Assembly: GCA_963767925.1 (NCBI GenBank)
Contig: CAVYGB010000008.1
Location: 576,001-640,000 of the forward strand
Reading direction: 5' to 3'
Source: an uncultured delta proteobacterium
GTDB taxonomy: Bacteria; Myxococcota_A; Polyangia; Fen-1088
Length of the DNA stretch: 64,000 nucleotides
Below, in pieces: positions 40,209 to 51,494 of the stretch. The stretch's first letter is position 1. Each line of letters starts with the position of its first letter. Below the pieces are notes generated by a model. It had not been told where the DNA came from. It saw only the letters and a program-made list of their open reading frames with translations, and ran no database searches. Made by a program: the position numbers and the translations under genes.

Positions 40209-43200
40209 ATGATCCACGTGACCTACTCCAACCGCACCGAGGAGCTGCTGCAGGCGCTCGCGGGTGAGGTGCGGCAGGAGCGGGCCCGGCTGGGCCCCTG
40301 GGAGCCGATCGAGCTGGTGGTCCCGAACCGCAACATCGAGACCTATCTCAAGCTCGGCCTGGCCGAGCACCTCGGGATCGCGGCCAACCTCGAGGTCTCC
40401 TTCCTGCGCGGCCTGCTGGCCCGCCTGTGCGAGCGGGTGGTGCCGGGCGCCCGCCTGGTGGACGCCCGGCAGACCGAGGGGCACCTGCTCGCGCTGTTCT
40501 TCGACGAGGCCTTCCTGGAGCAGCCCGCGCTGGCCCCGGTGCGGGAGTACCTGCTGGGGGCCGGGCCGCGCGCCGACGTCGTCGATCGCCGCCGTTGCGA
40601 GCTGGCCGCCCAGCTCGCGCGCCTGTTCGACGAATACGCCGCCTCACGCCCGGAGCTGCTGCGCGCCTGGCGGGAGCGGGCGGTGCTCGCCGATCACCCG
40701 ACGCTCGCCGGGACCGAGGTCTGGCAGCGCCGCCTCTGGCTCGAGCTGTTCGGGCCGCAGGGGCGGCTGTCCCGGCTCCGCACCGGCGAGCAGCGGGCCT
40801 TCCTGACCCTCGCCGAGCTGATCGGCGCGCTCGAGCAGGGGGACTTCCCACCGGCCGCCTTGCCACCCGGTGCGGTCCACGTCTTCGGCGTCTCGTACAT
40901 CGCGCGCAGCTTCCACGCCGCGCTGGCGGCGCTGGCCCGGCGGACGGAGGTGCACATCTACACCCTCAACCCCTGCCGCGAGTTCTGGGAGGACGTCGAG
41001 ACGGCGGCCGAGGCGCGGCGGCGGCTCAAGCGGCAGGGGCGAGAGGGGCTGCTGCCGGCGCGGGCCCGGGCCCAGCAGCCGACGCTGGCCCTCGGCGACG
41101 ACCCCTTCGATCTGCAGAGTGATCGCGAGAACCTCCCCCTGCGCCTGTGGGGCCGCCCGGGCCGCGAGAACATCCGCCTGCTGAACCAGATCGCGGCCGG
41201 CGACTTCGACGGGCGCTTCCGGGGGCAAGCCGAGCGGGGCGCGCCGGCCACCCTGCTGGCCCGCCTGCAGGACGACATCCTCGACCGGGCGCTGCCCACC
41301 GGGCCCGATCCGGCGCTGGTTGCCGACGGCAGCCTGCGGGTGTTGCCCTGCCCGGGCGTGCGCCGGGAGCTGGAGGTCGTGGCGGCCGAGATCTGGGCCC
41401 TGGTCCAGGCCGATCCGACCCTGCGCTTCAACGACATCGCCCTCATCGTCCCCGAGGCGGTCAAGCCCGCGTACCTGGCCCACCTGCCAGCGGTCTTCGC
41501 CGAGGCCCACGAGATCCCCCACTCGATCGTCGATCTGCCGCTGGGGGGCGGCCACCGCCTCGGCGAGGCGGTCGAGCTGCTGCTCGCCCTGCCCACCGGC
41601 GGGTTCACCCGGCGCGAGCTGCTGCCGCTGCTGACCCATCCCGCCCTGCTGGGGCGTTTTCCCGAGGCCAGCGCCGCCGAGTGGCTGCGCCTGGCCGAAG
41701 ATCTCGGCATCGTCCACGGCGCCGACCGCAGCGACCACGCCGGCACCTACATCCGCCGGGACGTCCTGCACTGGGACCAGGGGCTGCGGCGGCTGGCCCT
41801 GGGCGCGCTCATGGCGAGCGAGGCCCCCGCCGACGAGTCCCCGGTGACGGTCGGCGGGCAGGACCACCTGCCCCTGCCGCGCGCCTCCGACGAGCTGAAG
41901 GGCGCCCTCGGCTTCGCCCTGCTGGCCCGCTCGCTGGTCGAGGACGCGCGTTTTGCCGCCGGCGTGACCGGCCCCCGCCTCCGCCCGCTGCCCGAGTGGC
42001 TCGAGCTCGTGCGCGGTTTGCTCACCGGCTACCTCGTGCCCGACGGTCCCGACGAGGAGGCCCTGCTCGCCCGCTGCCTCACCGAGATCGACGAGCTGGC
42101 CGACCTGCCGCTCGGAGCGACGCCAATCTCCTACCGGGTCGTCGCCGACCTGCTCGGTCGGACCCTGCGAGGGCTGGGGGGCTCGCGGGGGCACTACCTG
42201 GCCCAGGGGGTCACCGTGACCTCGTTCGTGCCGATGCGGGCCATCCCCTTCCGGGCGACCTTCGTGCTGGGGCTGGGGCAGGGCAACTTCCCGGCCGGCG
42301 AGCGCCGCTCCGAGCTCGACCTCCGCCTGGCGCGCCGGCAGCTCGGCGACGTCACCACCCGCGAGCAGGACCTGTACATGTTCCTCGAGACCCTGCTGTC
42401 GGCCCGCGACCGCCTGGTCCTCTCTTACGTCGCCCGCGACGAGCTGACGGGGGCGCCGCGCGCGCCCTCGCCCGTGATCCAGGAGCTGCTCGAGATCCTC
42501 GGGGTGGGGTACCTCCGGCCCGAGGAGCTGGCCAGGCTGGCCGGGGCGGCGGACCGGCCGGCCCTGCGGCGCTACGACGATCTGCCCCGTCTCGACGTCT
42601 TGCCCCTGGCCGCGCGCGAGCGGCGGGCCAAGGCCCTCGGCCGCTCGCTGCGCCAGGCGCTGCCGCCCGGCTCGGCCATGCCCGACCTCCCCGCCCTGCA
42701 GCGGGCGCTGCCGGAAGGCGCGCTGTCCCCGCTCGAGGCGCTGCTCGGCGTGCACCGGCCGCCGCCCCGGGCGGCGGGAGCAGGCGCCCGGTCGCGCGGC
42801 GGGCGGCTGGGGCCGGGGGATGCGCGCCTGGCCGTGCCGCTGAGCGCCCTCCGGCAGTTCCTGGAGGATCCCCTGCAGGGCTCGGCCCGCTTCCGCCTGC
42901 GGCTGCGGGAGGTGGAGGGCGACGACGAGCTGGCCGAGCGCGAGGACGAGGCCTTCGAGACCGAGCGGCCGATGCGGACCCTGCTGCTGCGCGAGGCGGT
43001 GGCCCGCGCCCTGATCGGCGGGCCCGGCGCGGGCCCGGCGGACGCTCCCCTGTGGGACCGGGCGGTGGCGGCCTTCGAGGCCCTGGCCCGGCGCGAGGAG
43101 CTGCGCGGGCGGGCGCCCACCGGCTTTTACGCCGAGGCCGAGCGGCCGGCGCTGCTGGCCGTCCTGCGCGGCTGGCTCGAGGAGCTGGTGATCTGGGCCG

Positions 43201-43913
43201 CCGGCAAGCCGCTCGGCGGGGCGGTGCACCGGTTCGGGCGGGCCGACCTGCGCGAGCGCCTGACCGCCGTTCGCCACGAACCCATCCGGCTCGATCTGGC
43301 CAACCCGCTCGGCGGGCCAGCCGACCGCCTCTCGGTCGAGATCGTCGGGAACACCGGCCTGCTGGTCTCGGCCGAGGCCGAGCCCGCCTCGGTGATCCTC
43401 ACCAGCCGCAGCCGCCACGGCGACGACCGGACCCGGCGCCAGCGGGACCGGCTGCGCGCCTTCGTGGAGCACCTGGCCCTCTGCGCGGCGGGGGTCTCTG
43501 TCGGGGCCCACGGCGCGCTCGTCGTCCGGTCCCAGGGGGCGGATCACGAGAGTTTCCCCGCTCGCTTCCGCCCGCTGGCCCCCGCGGCGGCGCGGTCCTA
43601 CCTCGGCGACCTGGTCACCGATCTGCTGACCGGCGCCCGCGACGCCGAGGGCAACGCCACCGGCGTGCACCCGTACCTGCTGCCCTGCGAGGCGGTGTTC
43701 GTGGCCCGCGAGCGCAGCAAGGATCTGGTCGAGGAGATCGAGCGCCTGCGCGACAACTACCTCGAGAAGCCGGGGCTGCTCGGGTTCAGCTCGGTCTACG
43801 GCCCGGTCCCCGAGGCGGTCGAGCGGCACGATCCGCCGCCGGCTGCGCAGGCCCAGCGGTTCGCCGCCGCCCGGCTGGGCCTCTACTTCGACCTCCTCGA
43901 GGAGGCCTCCTGA
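40209..43913 (+). CDS. recC: Exodeoxyribonuclease V gamma subunit
   Basis: YSNRTEEL, NPCREFWED, LWGRPGRE, LQDDIL, PMRAIPFR, FLETLLSAR. Confidence 0.93.
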   Translation: MIHVTYSNRTEELLQALAGEVRQERARLGPWEPIELVVPNRNIETYLKLGLAEHLGIAANLEVSFLRGLLARLCERVVPGARLVDARQTEGHLLALFFDEAFLEQPALAPVREYLLGAGPRADVVDRRRCELAAQLARLFDEYAASRPELLRAWRERAVLADHPTLAGTEVWQRRLWLELFGPQGRLSRLRTGEQRAFLTLAELIGALEQGDFPPAALPPGAVHVFGVSYIARSFHAALAALARRTEVHIYTLNPCREFWEDVETAAEARRRLKRQGREGLLPARARAQQPTLALGDDPFDLQSDRENLPLRLWGRPGRENIRLLNQIAAGDFDGRFRGQAERGAPATLLARLQDDILDRALPTGPDPALVADGSLRVLPCPGVRRELEVVAAEIWALVQADPTLRFNDIALIVPEAVKPAYLAHLPAVFAEAHEIPHSIVDLPLGGGHRLGEAVELLLALPTGGFTRRELLPLLTHPALLGRFPEASAAEWLRLAEDLGIVHGADRSDHAGTYIRRDVLHWDQGLRRLALGALMASEAPADESPVTVGGQDHLPLPRASDELKGALGFALLARSLVEDARFAAGVTGPRLRPLPEWLELVRGLLTGYLVPDGPDEEALLARCLTEIDELADLPLGATPISYRVVADLLGRTLRGLGGSRGHYLAQGVTVTSFVPMRAIPFRATFVLGLGQGNFPAGERRSELDLRLARRQLGDVTTREQDLYMFLETLLSARDRLVLSYVARDELTGAPRAPSPVIQELLEILGVGYLRPEELARLAGAADRPALRRYDDLPRLDVLPLAARERRAKALGRSLRQALPPGSAMPDLPALQRALPEGALSPLEALLGVHRPPPRAAGAGARSRGGRLGPGDARLAVPLSALRQFLEDPLQGSARFRLRLREVEGDDELAEREDEAFETERPMRTLLLREAVARALIGGPGAGPADAPLWDRAVAAFEALARREELRGRAPTGFYAEAERPALLAVLRGWLEELVIWAAGKPLGGAVHRFGRADLRERLTAVRHEPIRLDLANPLGGPADRLSVEIVGNTGLLVSAEAEPASVILTSRSRHGDDRTRRQRDRLRAFVEHLALCAAGVSVGAHGALVVRSQGADHESFPARFRPLAPAAARSYLGDLVTDLLTGARDAEGNATGVHPYLLPCEAVFVARERSKDLVEEIERLRDNYLEKPGLLGFSSVYGPVPEAVERHDPPPAAQAQRFAAARLGLYFDLLEEAS

Positions 43914-43915
43914 GC

Positions 43916-46900
43916 ATGACCCCCGCCGCCCCCGTCCGCTACCGCTTCCCCGCCGAGCTGCGCGAGCTGGGCCGCCGCCACGCCGTCGTCGAGGCCTCGG
44001 CTGGCACCGGCAAGACCTACATCCTCGAGCACCTGGTGGTGGACCTGCTCCTGCGGCAGGACGTCCCCCTCGAGCAGATCCTCGTCGTCACCTTCACCGA
44101 GAAGGCCACCGCCGAGCTGTCCGAGCGGGTCCGCCGCAAGCTGCAGGAGCTGCGCGATCTGACCGCCGATCACCCGGCGAGCGCCGGCGCCGCCGACGCG
44201 GACTGCTGGCTGATCGACGAGCGGGCCCGGCGCAAGCTGGACACCGCCCTGCACGGCTTCGACCGGGCCAGCATCTCGACCATCCACGCCTTCTGCCAGC
44301 GCCTGCTCGGCGAGCACGCCTTCTTCAACCGCCGCCTGTTCGGCGAGGAGGTGATCGACGAGGAGGACGCCTTCAAGGTCGCCTTCGCCGAGTCGCTCCG
44401 CCGCGACGTCGTCGCCGATCCCGGGCTGGCCCGGCTGCTCGAGATCTGGATCGGCGTCGGCATGGGCTTCGATCGGTTACAGCGGGCCGTGCTGCGCGCC
44501 CTGCGCGGGCTGGCCTGCCTGCACCCGCCCCGGCCCGGGGCGCTGCGGCCGGCGGCCCTCGACGAGGCCGCGGTGATCGGCGCGGCCCGGGCCCTGGTGG
44601 ACGTGGATCCGGCCCGCCTGAAGGAGGCGCTCGCCCGCCGCAAGGTCCACCCCTCCACGGTCAAGTCGGTGGTGAGCAAGCTGTCCGAGCTGCGCGAGGC
44701 GGCCGCCGCCTGCCGCGAGCCGGGGGAGGTGCCGCTGCTCCTCGCCACCATCGACGCCATCGACCGCAACCGCGACGGCGCCCTGGAGACCATCCGCGGC
44801 CACCTGGAGAAGAACGCCGCCGACCCGGAGGTGGCCCGCATCGGCGGGATCTTCGCCGACTTTCACCAGCAGGCCGTCCCCCTGATGGGCGCCGTGGTGG
44901 GGCGCCTGCTGCCGCTTGTCGCCGCCCGGCTGGAGGGGCACAAGCGCGAGGCGGGCCTGTTCGACTTCCAGGACATGTTGACCCTCACGGCGCGGAGCCT
45001 GGACGGTGACGGCGACGGCGAGGGGGCCCGCGCCCTGCTGGCCACCCTGCGCGCCCGCTACCGCCACGCCCTCATCGACGAGTTCCAGGACACCGACGAG
45101 GTCCAGTGGTCGATCTTCCGGCGGATCTTCTTCGACAGCCCCCAGGGGCACGTGTTGACCGTCATCGGGGACCCCAAGCAGGCCATCTATTCTTTCCGGG
45201 GCGCCGACGTGCACACCTACCTCGGCGCCCGCCGGGCCATCGAGGGCGCGGGTGGCCCCATCTTGCACCTGCGCGACAACTTCCGCTCGAGCGCGCCGCT
45301 CATCGACGCCTACAACGCCATCCTCGACCAGGCGGCCCCCTTCTTCCGCCCCGAGGGAGGCATCCTCTACGACCACCCGGTGCGCTGCGGGCGCCCCGAG
45401 GCCAGCGCCGGCGGCGAGCCGGCGGTCGTCGTGCTCGACCTCGAGACCCAGGCCAAGGACCTGCTCACCTGGCAGATCAAGCGGTCGCTGCTGGCCCGCA
45501 TGGCCAACGAGATGGGCCGCCTGGTCCGGACCGGGGAGGGCGGCGGGCCGATCCGAGCCGGCGACATCTTCGTCCTCGCCCGCACCATCCGCGAGTGCCG
45601 GGAGGTCGGCGACGCCCTGCGGGCGGTCGGCGTGCCCCACGCCTTTTACAAGCAGGAGAAGCTGTTCGACACCATCGAGGCGCGCGAGGTGCTCGACCTC
45701 CTGCGCGCCATCGCCGACCCCGACGACGTCACCGCCCGGGGCCGGGCCTTCATCACCCCCTTCTTCGGCCTGTCCCTCACCGACCTGGCGGCCTGCGACG
45801 ACCTCGACGGCTCGCACGCCTTGTTGCGCCTGCTCTACGAGTGGCGGGCCCTCGCCGAGGCCGGCGACTTCGAGACCCTGTTCGCCCGCGTCGTCGACGA
45901 CAGCGGCATCGTGTGCCGGGAGGTGTTCTGGAACCCCAGCGAACGGTCGCTCACCAACTACCTGCACCTGCTCGAGCTGCTCCAGGAGGAGGCCGCCCGC
46001 ACCCGGGCGACGATCCGCGAGCTGGCCCAGACTCTGGGCGCTTACATCCGGGGCACCCGCCGCCCCCCCGGCGACGCCCGCGATCTGCAGCGGCTCGAGA
46101 CCGACGCCGACGCCGTCCAGATCATGACCATCCACCACGCCAAGGGCCTGGAGGCCGACTGGGTCTTCCTCTATGGCGGCTTCTGGCCGGGTCCCGCCTC
46201 CGACGTGCGCACCCTGCACGAGGAGGACGACCGCAGGGTGGTGCGGGTCGGCCGGCAGCCGGCGGCCGAGCGAGAGCGCTACGAGGCCGAGCAGGCCGAC
46301 GAGGAGCGGCGGGTGCTCTACGTGGCGCTCACCCGCGCCCGGCGGCGCCTCTACCTGCCTCGCTTCCCGGCGGCCTTCCGCCAGCTCCGCGGCTGCTACC
46401 GGTTCATCAACGAGCGCCTCGACGATCTCTTCGGCGGCTTCACCCCACCCGAGGTGCAGGCCCTCTTCCGGCGGGTGCCGGTGCGCTGCCCCGAGGAGGC
46501 GCTGGCCCCCCTGGCGCCGGCGCCGCCCTCCCTGGTGGCGGCCTGGAGCCCACCCGCCGAGCTGCTGGCGCCGGTCGCGAATCCTGCCCCCTTCACCCTC
46601 GACGCTCTGGCCAGGCAGCGGGCCGGCTTCCTCGTGACGTCGTACACGGCGGTCAAGCGCCTGCACCCCGGCGTGCCGGCCCACGAGGTCAGCGACCCCA
46701 GCGCCGACGAGACGGCGGGTGACGAGGCGGGAGGGGTCGAGCTGCCCGACAACGAGCTGCCCCGCGGCCGCGTCACCGGCCGCTTCGTGCACGAGGTGCT
46801 CGAGGAGCTCCCGCTCGAGCCGCTGGCCGGCCCGACGCCCCCGCCGGTCGGCGAGTGGGCCAGCCGGCCCGAGGTCGCCGCCCTCTTCGAGCGCAAGCGC

Positions 46901-47494
46901 AGCCGCCACGACGTCCACCCGGACCACCTGGCCCACGCCCACGAGCTGGTCCACGCGGCGCTCACCGCGCCGGTGGCCCTCGGGGAGGTGGTGGTCCCGG
47001 GGCTGGCCGGCGTCGCGCGCGCCCTGCGCGAGGTGGAGTTCTTCTACCCGATCCCGGAGCGGGCCCACCGGCTGCTCGAGGGGGCCCCGAGCGCGGCGGG
47101 CACGGCGACCGACGGGCGCGGGTTCCGGATCGAGCGCGGCGTGGTGAAGGGCTACATCGACCTGCTGTTCGAGCACGCGGGCCGGACCTACGTGTGCGAC
47201 TGGAAGGGCGACTGGTTGCCCGACTGGGAGGCCGGGCGCCTGCAGGCCCACTGCGCCGGCAGCTACGGCATCCAGGTCGAGCTTTACACCCTGGCCACCC
47301 TGCGCATGATCGACGTGAACGACGAGGCGGCCTACCAGCAGCGCTTCGGGGGTGTCCTCTTCTGTTTCGTCCGGGGCATGCCCGGGCGGGCCGAGGGCGC
47401 CGCCCGCGGCGTCCACTTCCAGCGTCCCTCCTGGCAAGACGTCCTGGCCTGGCAGCGCAAGCTGCTCGGCGGCAGCTACTGGGGGCTCTCGTGA
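43916..47494 (+). CDS. recB: Exodeoxyribonuclease V beta subunit
   Basis: EASAGTGKT, VTFTEKAT, TIHAFC, DEFQDTD, GDPKQAIYSFRGAD, YVALTRA, nuclease GYIDLLF..DWK. Confidence 0.95.
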   Translation: MTPAAPVRYRFPAELRELGRRHAVVEASAGTGKTYILEHLVVDLLLRQDVPLEQILVVTFTEKATAELSERVRRKLQELRDLTADHPASAGAADADCWLIDERARRKLDTALHGFDRASISTIHAFCQRLLGEHAFFNRRLFGEEVIDEEDAFKVAFAESLRRDVVADPGLARLLEIWIGVGMGFDRLQRAVLRALRGLACLHPPRPGALRPAALDEAAVIGAARALVDVDPARLKEALARRKVHPSTVKSVVSKLSELREAAAACREPGEVPLLLATIDAIDRNRDGALETIRGHLEKNAADPEVARIGGIFADFHQQAVPLMGAVVGRLLPLVAARLEGHKREAGLFDFQDMLTLTARSLDGDGDGEGARALLATLRARYRHALIDEFQDTDEVQWSIFRRIFFDSPQGHVLTVIGDPKQAIYSFRGADVHTYLGARRAIEGAGGPILHLRDNFRSSAPLIDAYNAILDQAAPFFRPEGGILYDHPVRCGRPEASAGGEPAVVVLDLETQAKDLLTWQIKRSLLARMANEMGRLVRTGEGGGPIRAGDIFVLARTIRECREVGDALRAVGVPHAFYKQEKLFDTIEAREVLDLLRAIADPDDVTARGRAFITPFFGLSLTDLAACDDLDGSHALLRLLYEWRALAEAGDFETLFARVVDDSGIVCREVFWNPSERSLTNYLHLLELLQEEAARTRATIRELAQTLGAYIRGTRRPPGDARDLQRLETDADAVQIMTIHHAKGLEADWVFLYGGFWPGPASDVRTLHEEDDRRVVRVGRQPAAERERYEAEQADEERRVLYVALTRARRRLYLPRFPAAFRQLRGCYRFINERLDDLFGGFTPPEVQALFRRVPVRCPEEALAPLAPAPPSLVAAWSPPAELLAPVANPAPFTLDALARQRAGFLVTSYTAVKRLHPGVPAHEVSDPSADETAGDEAGGVELPDNELPRGRVTGRFVHEVLEELPLEPLAGPTPPPVGEWASRPEVAALFERKRSRHDVHPDHLAHAHELVHAALTAPVALGEVVVPGLAGVARALREVEFFYPIPERAHRLLEGAPSAAGTATDGRGFRIERGVVKGYIDLLFEHAGRTYVCDWKGDWLPDWEAGRLQAHCAGSYGIQVELYTLATLRMIDVNDEAAYQQRFGGVLFCFVRGMPGRAEGAARGVHFQRPSWQDVLAWQRKLLGGSYWGLS

Positions 47495-49368
47495 GCGCCA
47501 GCCGGCGACCGGGGCATCCGCTCTCTCCCCTCGGGACCGCGCGCGCCCGGCTCGAGCCGGCCGCCCCCTTGCCGCCGGCCGCGGCGGCCCTGCTCGAGGA
47601 CGCCGACCTGGGACCGGAGGAGGCGTTTCTCGTGTGGCAGCTCGGCGTGATGGCCGAGGGGCTGAGCGCCGAGGAGCGCGGCACGCTGGCCGGCCTGCTC
47701 GCCGCCTCGCTGGTGGCCATCTCCCAGGGCAGCACCCGCCTCGCCGTCGGGGCCCGGGCCCGGGCGCTGCTCGGGCGGCTGACCGATCTTGTCGGTCCCC
47801 CCGGCCGCCGCGTGCCCCTCGTCCTCGACGGGGGCCACCTCTACCAGCACAAGCACTTCGTGGCCGAGCAGGGGATCGCCGCCCAGGTGCGGGCCCGGCT
47901 GGCCGCCCCGCCCGCCTGGTCGGAGGAGGCGCGCGCGGCCGCCCTCACCGCCGCCGTCGAGTCGGCGCGCCCCCGCCCGAGCGCGGAGCAGCAGGCCGCC
48001 CTGCTGGCCGCGCTCGGCCGCCGGCTGGCGGTGATCAGCGGCGCACCCGGCTCGGGCAAGACAACCATCGCCGTCACCCTGCTGCGCGCCCTGGTCCGCC
48101 TCGGCGTCGCGCCCGACGCCGTCGCCTTCACCGCGCCGACCGGCAAGGCCGCCAACCGCCTGGAGGCCGCCCTCGCCGCCGGCCTCGCCGCGGTGGGGGA
48201 GGGCACCCCCCCGGCCGAAGATCGGGCCCTCCTCGCCGCCCCGCCCACCGCCGCCACCTTGCACCGCCTGCTCGGCTACTCGCCGTCGGCGCGCGCCTTC
48301 GCCTACCACGAGCACAGCCCGCTGCCCCACCGGGTGGTTGTCGTCGACGAGAGCTCCATGGTCGACCTGCAGCTCATGGACCGGCTGCTGCGGGCGCTGT
48401 CCCCGGAGGCCGCGCTGGTGCTGCTCGGCGACGCCGATCAGCTCCCCTCGGTCGAGGCGGGCGCCGTGTTTCGCGACCTCGCCGCCGCCGGCACCCGCCT
48501 CACGAGGAGCCACCGCCAGGACCCGGCCGGCGCCTCCGGCCGCCGCATCCTGGCCCTCGCCGCCGCCGTCCGGGCCGGCGAGCCCGTCGCCCCGGAGGCG
48601 CGGCCGGCCGACGTCGCCGCTGCCGCCTCGGAAGGCCCGCTGCTGGACGCCCGCGCCAGCGCGGTGGAGATCCGCTTCGACGGCGCCGAGCTGGTGGCTC
48701 CCGCCGAGCGCGAGCCCCTGCTCGAGCGCTGGTACGAGGACCGGGTCGCGGCCTCGCCGGCCCTGGAGGCCGTGCGTGCCGCCGTGTTTCCCCTCGCCGC
48801 CGCCGGCTTCCCCGAGGCGGTCCAGGCCGAGCTGGACGCCCTCCACGCCCACTACCAGCGCTTCCGCCTGCTGGCCGTCACCCGCGGTCGCCCGACCGGC
48901 GCCGTGGCGCTCAACGCCTGGATGCACCGGCGCGCCGGCGCCAGCGGCCCGGTCCCCATCCCGGGCGAGCCCATCCTGATGTTGCGCAACGACTACGACC
49001 GCGGCCTGTGGAACGGCGACCAGGGCCTCTGCGTCCGGGTCCGCGAGGAGGGCCGCCCCCCCCGCACCGCCGCCGCCTTCAAGATCGGCGACCGCTGGAG
49101 CGCCTGGCACCTCGAGAGCCTGCGCGACAGCCTGACCCTGGCCTACGCCCTCACCGTCCACAAGGCCCAGGGCTCCGAGCACGACGACATCGCCCTCGTC
49201 CTCCCCGACGCTCCCCTGCCGATGACCTCCCGCGAGCTCCTCTACACCGCCCTCACCCGCAGCCGCCGCGCCGTCCTCCTCTGCGCGACGCCGGCCGTCC
49301 TCGAGTCGGCCATCCGCAACACGACCGCCCGCTCCTCCGGCCTCCCCGAAAAGCTGTCGTCGCCCTGA
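47491..49368 (+). CDS. recD: Exodeoxyribonuclease V alpha subunit
   Basis: GTG start overlapping recB stop; GAPGSGKTT, APTGKAA, TLHRLLG, DESSMVD, TVHKAQGSE, LYTALTR. Confidence 0.94.
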   Translation: MSASRRPGHPLSPLGTARARLEPAAPLPPAAAALLEDADLGPEEAFLVWQLGVMAEGLSAEERGTLAGLLAASLVAISQGSTRLAVGARARALLGRLTDLVGPPGRRVPLVLDGGHLYQHKHFVAEQGIAAQVRARLAAPPAWSEEARAAALTAAVESARPRPSAEQQAALLAALGRRLAVISGAPGSGKTTIAVTLLRALVRLGVAPDAVAFTAPTGKAANRLEAALAAGLAAVGEGTPPAEDRALLAAPPTAATLHRLLGYSPSARAFAYHEHSPLPHRVVVVDESSMVDLQLMDRLLRALSPEAALVLLGDADQLPSVEAGAVFRDLAAAGTRLTRSHRQDPAGASGRRILALAAAVRAGEPVAPEARPADVAAAASEGPLLDARASAVEIRFDGAELVAPAEREPLLERWYEDRVAASPALEAVRAAVFPLAAAGFPEAVQAELDALHAHYQRFRLLAVTRGRPTGAVALNAWMHRRAGASGPVPIPGEPILMLRNDYDRGLWNGDQGLCVRVREEGRPPRTAAAFKIGDRWSAWHLESLRDSLTLAYALTVHKAQGSEHDDIALVLPDAPLPMTSRELLYTALTRSRRAVLLCATPAVLESAIRNTTARSSGLPEKLSSP

Positions 49369-49491
49369 GCGCGCTCCAATCCCTGGAGGAAGGCGCCCCC
49401 CTCGGTCGCGTTCTGGAGCAGGCCCCGGGCGGGTGGACGGCGGGTGGACCGACCCTTGCGCGCGTGGCTCCACCTCGAATGTGGTTGGGTG

Positions 49492-49520
49492 TAGACAGCT
49501 TCGGGTCTGCGCGTTAGGGT
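49492..49520 (+). promoter_or_regulatory. Putative sigma70-type promoter
   Basis: TAGACA-N17-TAGGGT, 33 nt before ATG 49554. Confidence 0.45.
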
Positions 49521-49553
49521 GGGCGCAGCAACATTTTCGGGAGCATCGACGCC

Positions 49554-51434
49554 ATGAGAACACCCAGCGCCTCCCTCCTCGGCCTCACCGCCCTGCTCGT
49601 GGCCTCCTGCCAGCAACCCAACAAGTTCCAGCCGCTGCAGGAGCCGCCAGCCGACGGTCCCGTCTCGCCGAGAGGAGAGGGTGGGGCTGCCGCTGGCGCG
49701 CCGGCCGGCGGTGGCGGCGGCGCCGGCGGTGCCGGCGGGGAGGGGGTGCTCCCAGCCTGGACGCCGACCGCCCCGTCGACGCCGATCAGCCGGCCGGGGG
49801 CTGTGGCGCCCCCTCGCGCACCTGTCTCGGCGACATCCTGCAGGTCTGCGCCCCCGGCGGCGATCTGACGAGCACGATGTGCGCCCAGGGGTGCGACTCG
49901 GTCCGGCTCGCGTGCAACACGTGCAAGCCGAACAGCCGCACCTGCAGCGGGGCGAGCCAGGTGGCGTGCAACGCGGAGGGTTCGGAGACGACGACGACGG
50001 CGTGCGCGTCGGGGTGCAACGCCGGGACCGGGGAGTGCAACGGGTGCGAGCCGTCGGCGGTCTGGTGCAACGGCGAGGTGCTGCGCGAGTGCACCGCCGG
50101 AGGCGAGCAGCGCGACCGGCAGACCTGCGCCGAGGGGTGCAACGCGACCCGGATGGCCTGCAACACCTGCCGCCCGGGGGCCCGGACCTGCAACGGCAAC
50201 GTGCTCGAGACGTGCAAGCTCGACGGCACCGGGACGACGACCGAGACCTGCGCCGCCGGCTGCAACGCCGCCCGGATGGCCTGCAACGCCTGTGAGCCCG
50301 GGGCCAAGACCTGCGCCGGCGGGACGCTGCGCACGTGCAAGGCCGACGGCAGCGGCACCAGCGACGAGCCCTGCCCGAACGGCTGCAGCAACAACCGCTG
50401 CAACGCCTGCAACCCCGGCCAGCCCGCGAGCTGCGACGGCTCGACCCTGAAACAATGCATGTCCGACGGCAGCGGCGAGCGAAGCACCGCCTGCCCGCGC
50501 GGCTGCGCCGGCACCGCCTGCTGCACGGGGAACACCGAAGCCACCGGCGGCGCCTGCGCCACCTGCGGCACCGAAGGCCAGCCCTGCTGCCGCCTGGCCC
50601 AGCCCGGCTGCACCGGCACCCTCACCTGCCAACCCAACGGCCGCTGCGCCATCCCCTGCGGCAACGCCCCCGGCCAGCGCTGCTGCGAGGGGAGCACGAT
50701 GACCTGCCGGAACAACTGCGGCAGGGAAGGCGAGCGCCGCTGCTCGGGCGGGGCCTTCGGGGCCTGCTCGCAGGGCAACTTCGAATGTTGCCCGCCGATG
50801 GAACGCTGCACGGGCCAGAACAACACCACCCACCAGACGTGCAACAGCTCGGGCCAGTGGGTCAGCGACGGCAGCACCGAGTGCAAGAAGCCCGCCGGCC
50901 AGGGCCCCTGCAGCTCCGGAAACGACTGCACCACCGGCCGCTGCAACACCGGCGCCCGCCTCTGCTGCGCCGCCAACGGCTGCTGCGGCGACGCCGACTG
51001 CGACGGAGGCCAGCGCTGCACCAACAGCCAATGCCGCTGCCCCAGCGGCCAGGAGCTCATCGACGGACGCTGCCAGGCCTGCGGCGGCGACGGGCCAGTC
51101 CTGTTGCCCGGGCGTTCGAGTCTTTCAGGCATGCCGATCATCGATTTGGTCTGCGCGAGCAACGGCGTCTCGAGCGCGGCGGAGAGCCCGCCAATCTCTG
51201 CTGCGCCAATCATCGATGTCCTCAATCGGGTCATTTCTGCCTGGTGAGCTGCGACGACAGACACCTGCTACCACTGCGGCAGACTCTCCGATCGTCCGGA
51301 GTGCGCCGGACGAGAGGACCAAGCGAGGAGCCGAGGCAGATTCCGTCGCGGGATGCCTCTTCTGCGCTCGAAACTGTCGTTCGGCGACAAGCGACGGGCT
51401 GTTTGAGGACGATTCGCGGTGCCAGCCGAAATAG
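49554..51434 (+). CDS. Cys-rich repeat lipoprotein, frameshifted as sequenced
   Basis: Lipobox LVASC in the 49554 frame; shift in a G run at ~49740-49750 to ~41-aa CN.C.P..R.C.G..L..C repeats; further shifts after ~51090. Confidence 0.7.
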
Positions 51435-51494
51435 AGAAGGCGGAGCGGCTTGCCCACCCCGCCTTATCGAGGGTCGCGCCTCGTGCTACGCTCT

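Noticed and set aside
41147..43915. 2115-aa ORF suggesting a giant RecB fusion
   Set aside because: The upstream part is an open shadow frame over recC; RecB motifs begin after ATG 43916.
40209..49368. recCBD as a novel defence helicase-nuclease system
   Set aside because: Canonical motifs and order of housekeeping RecBCD; no accessory genes.
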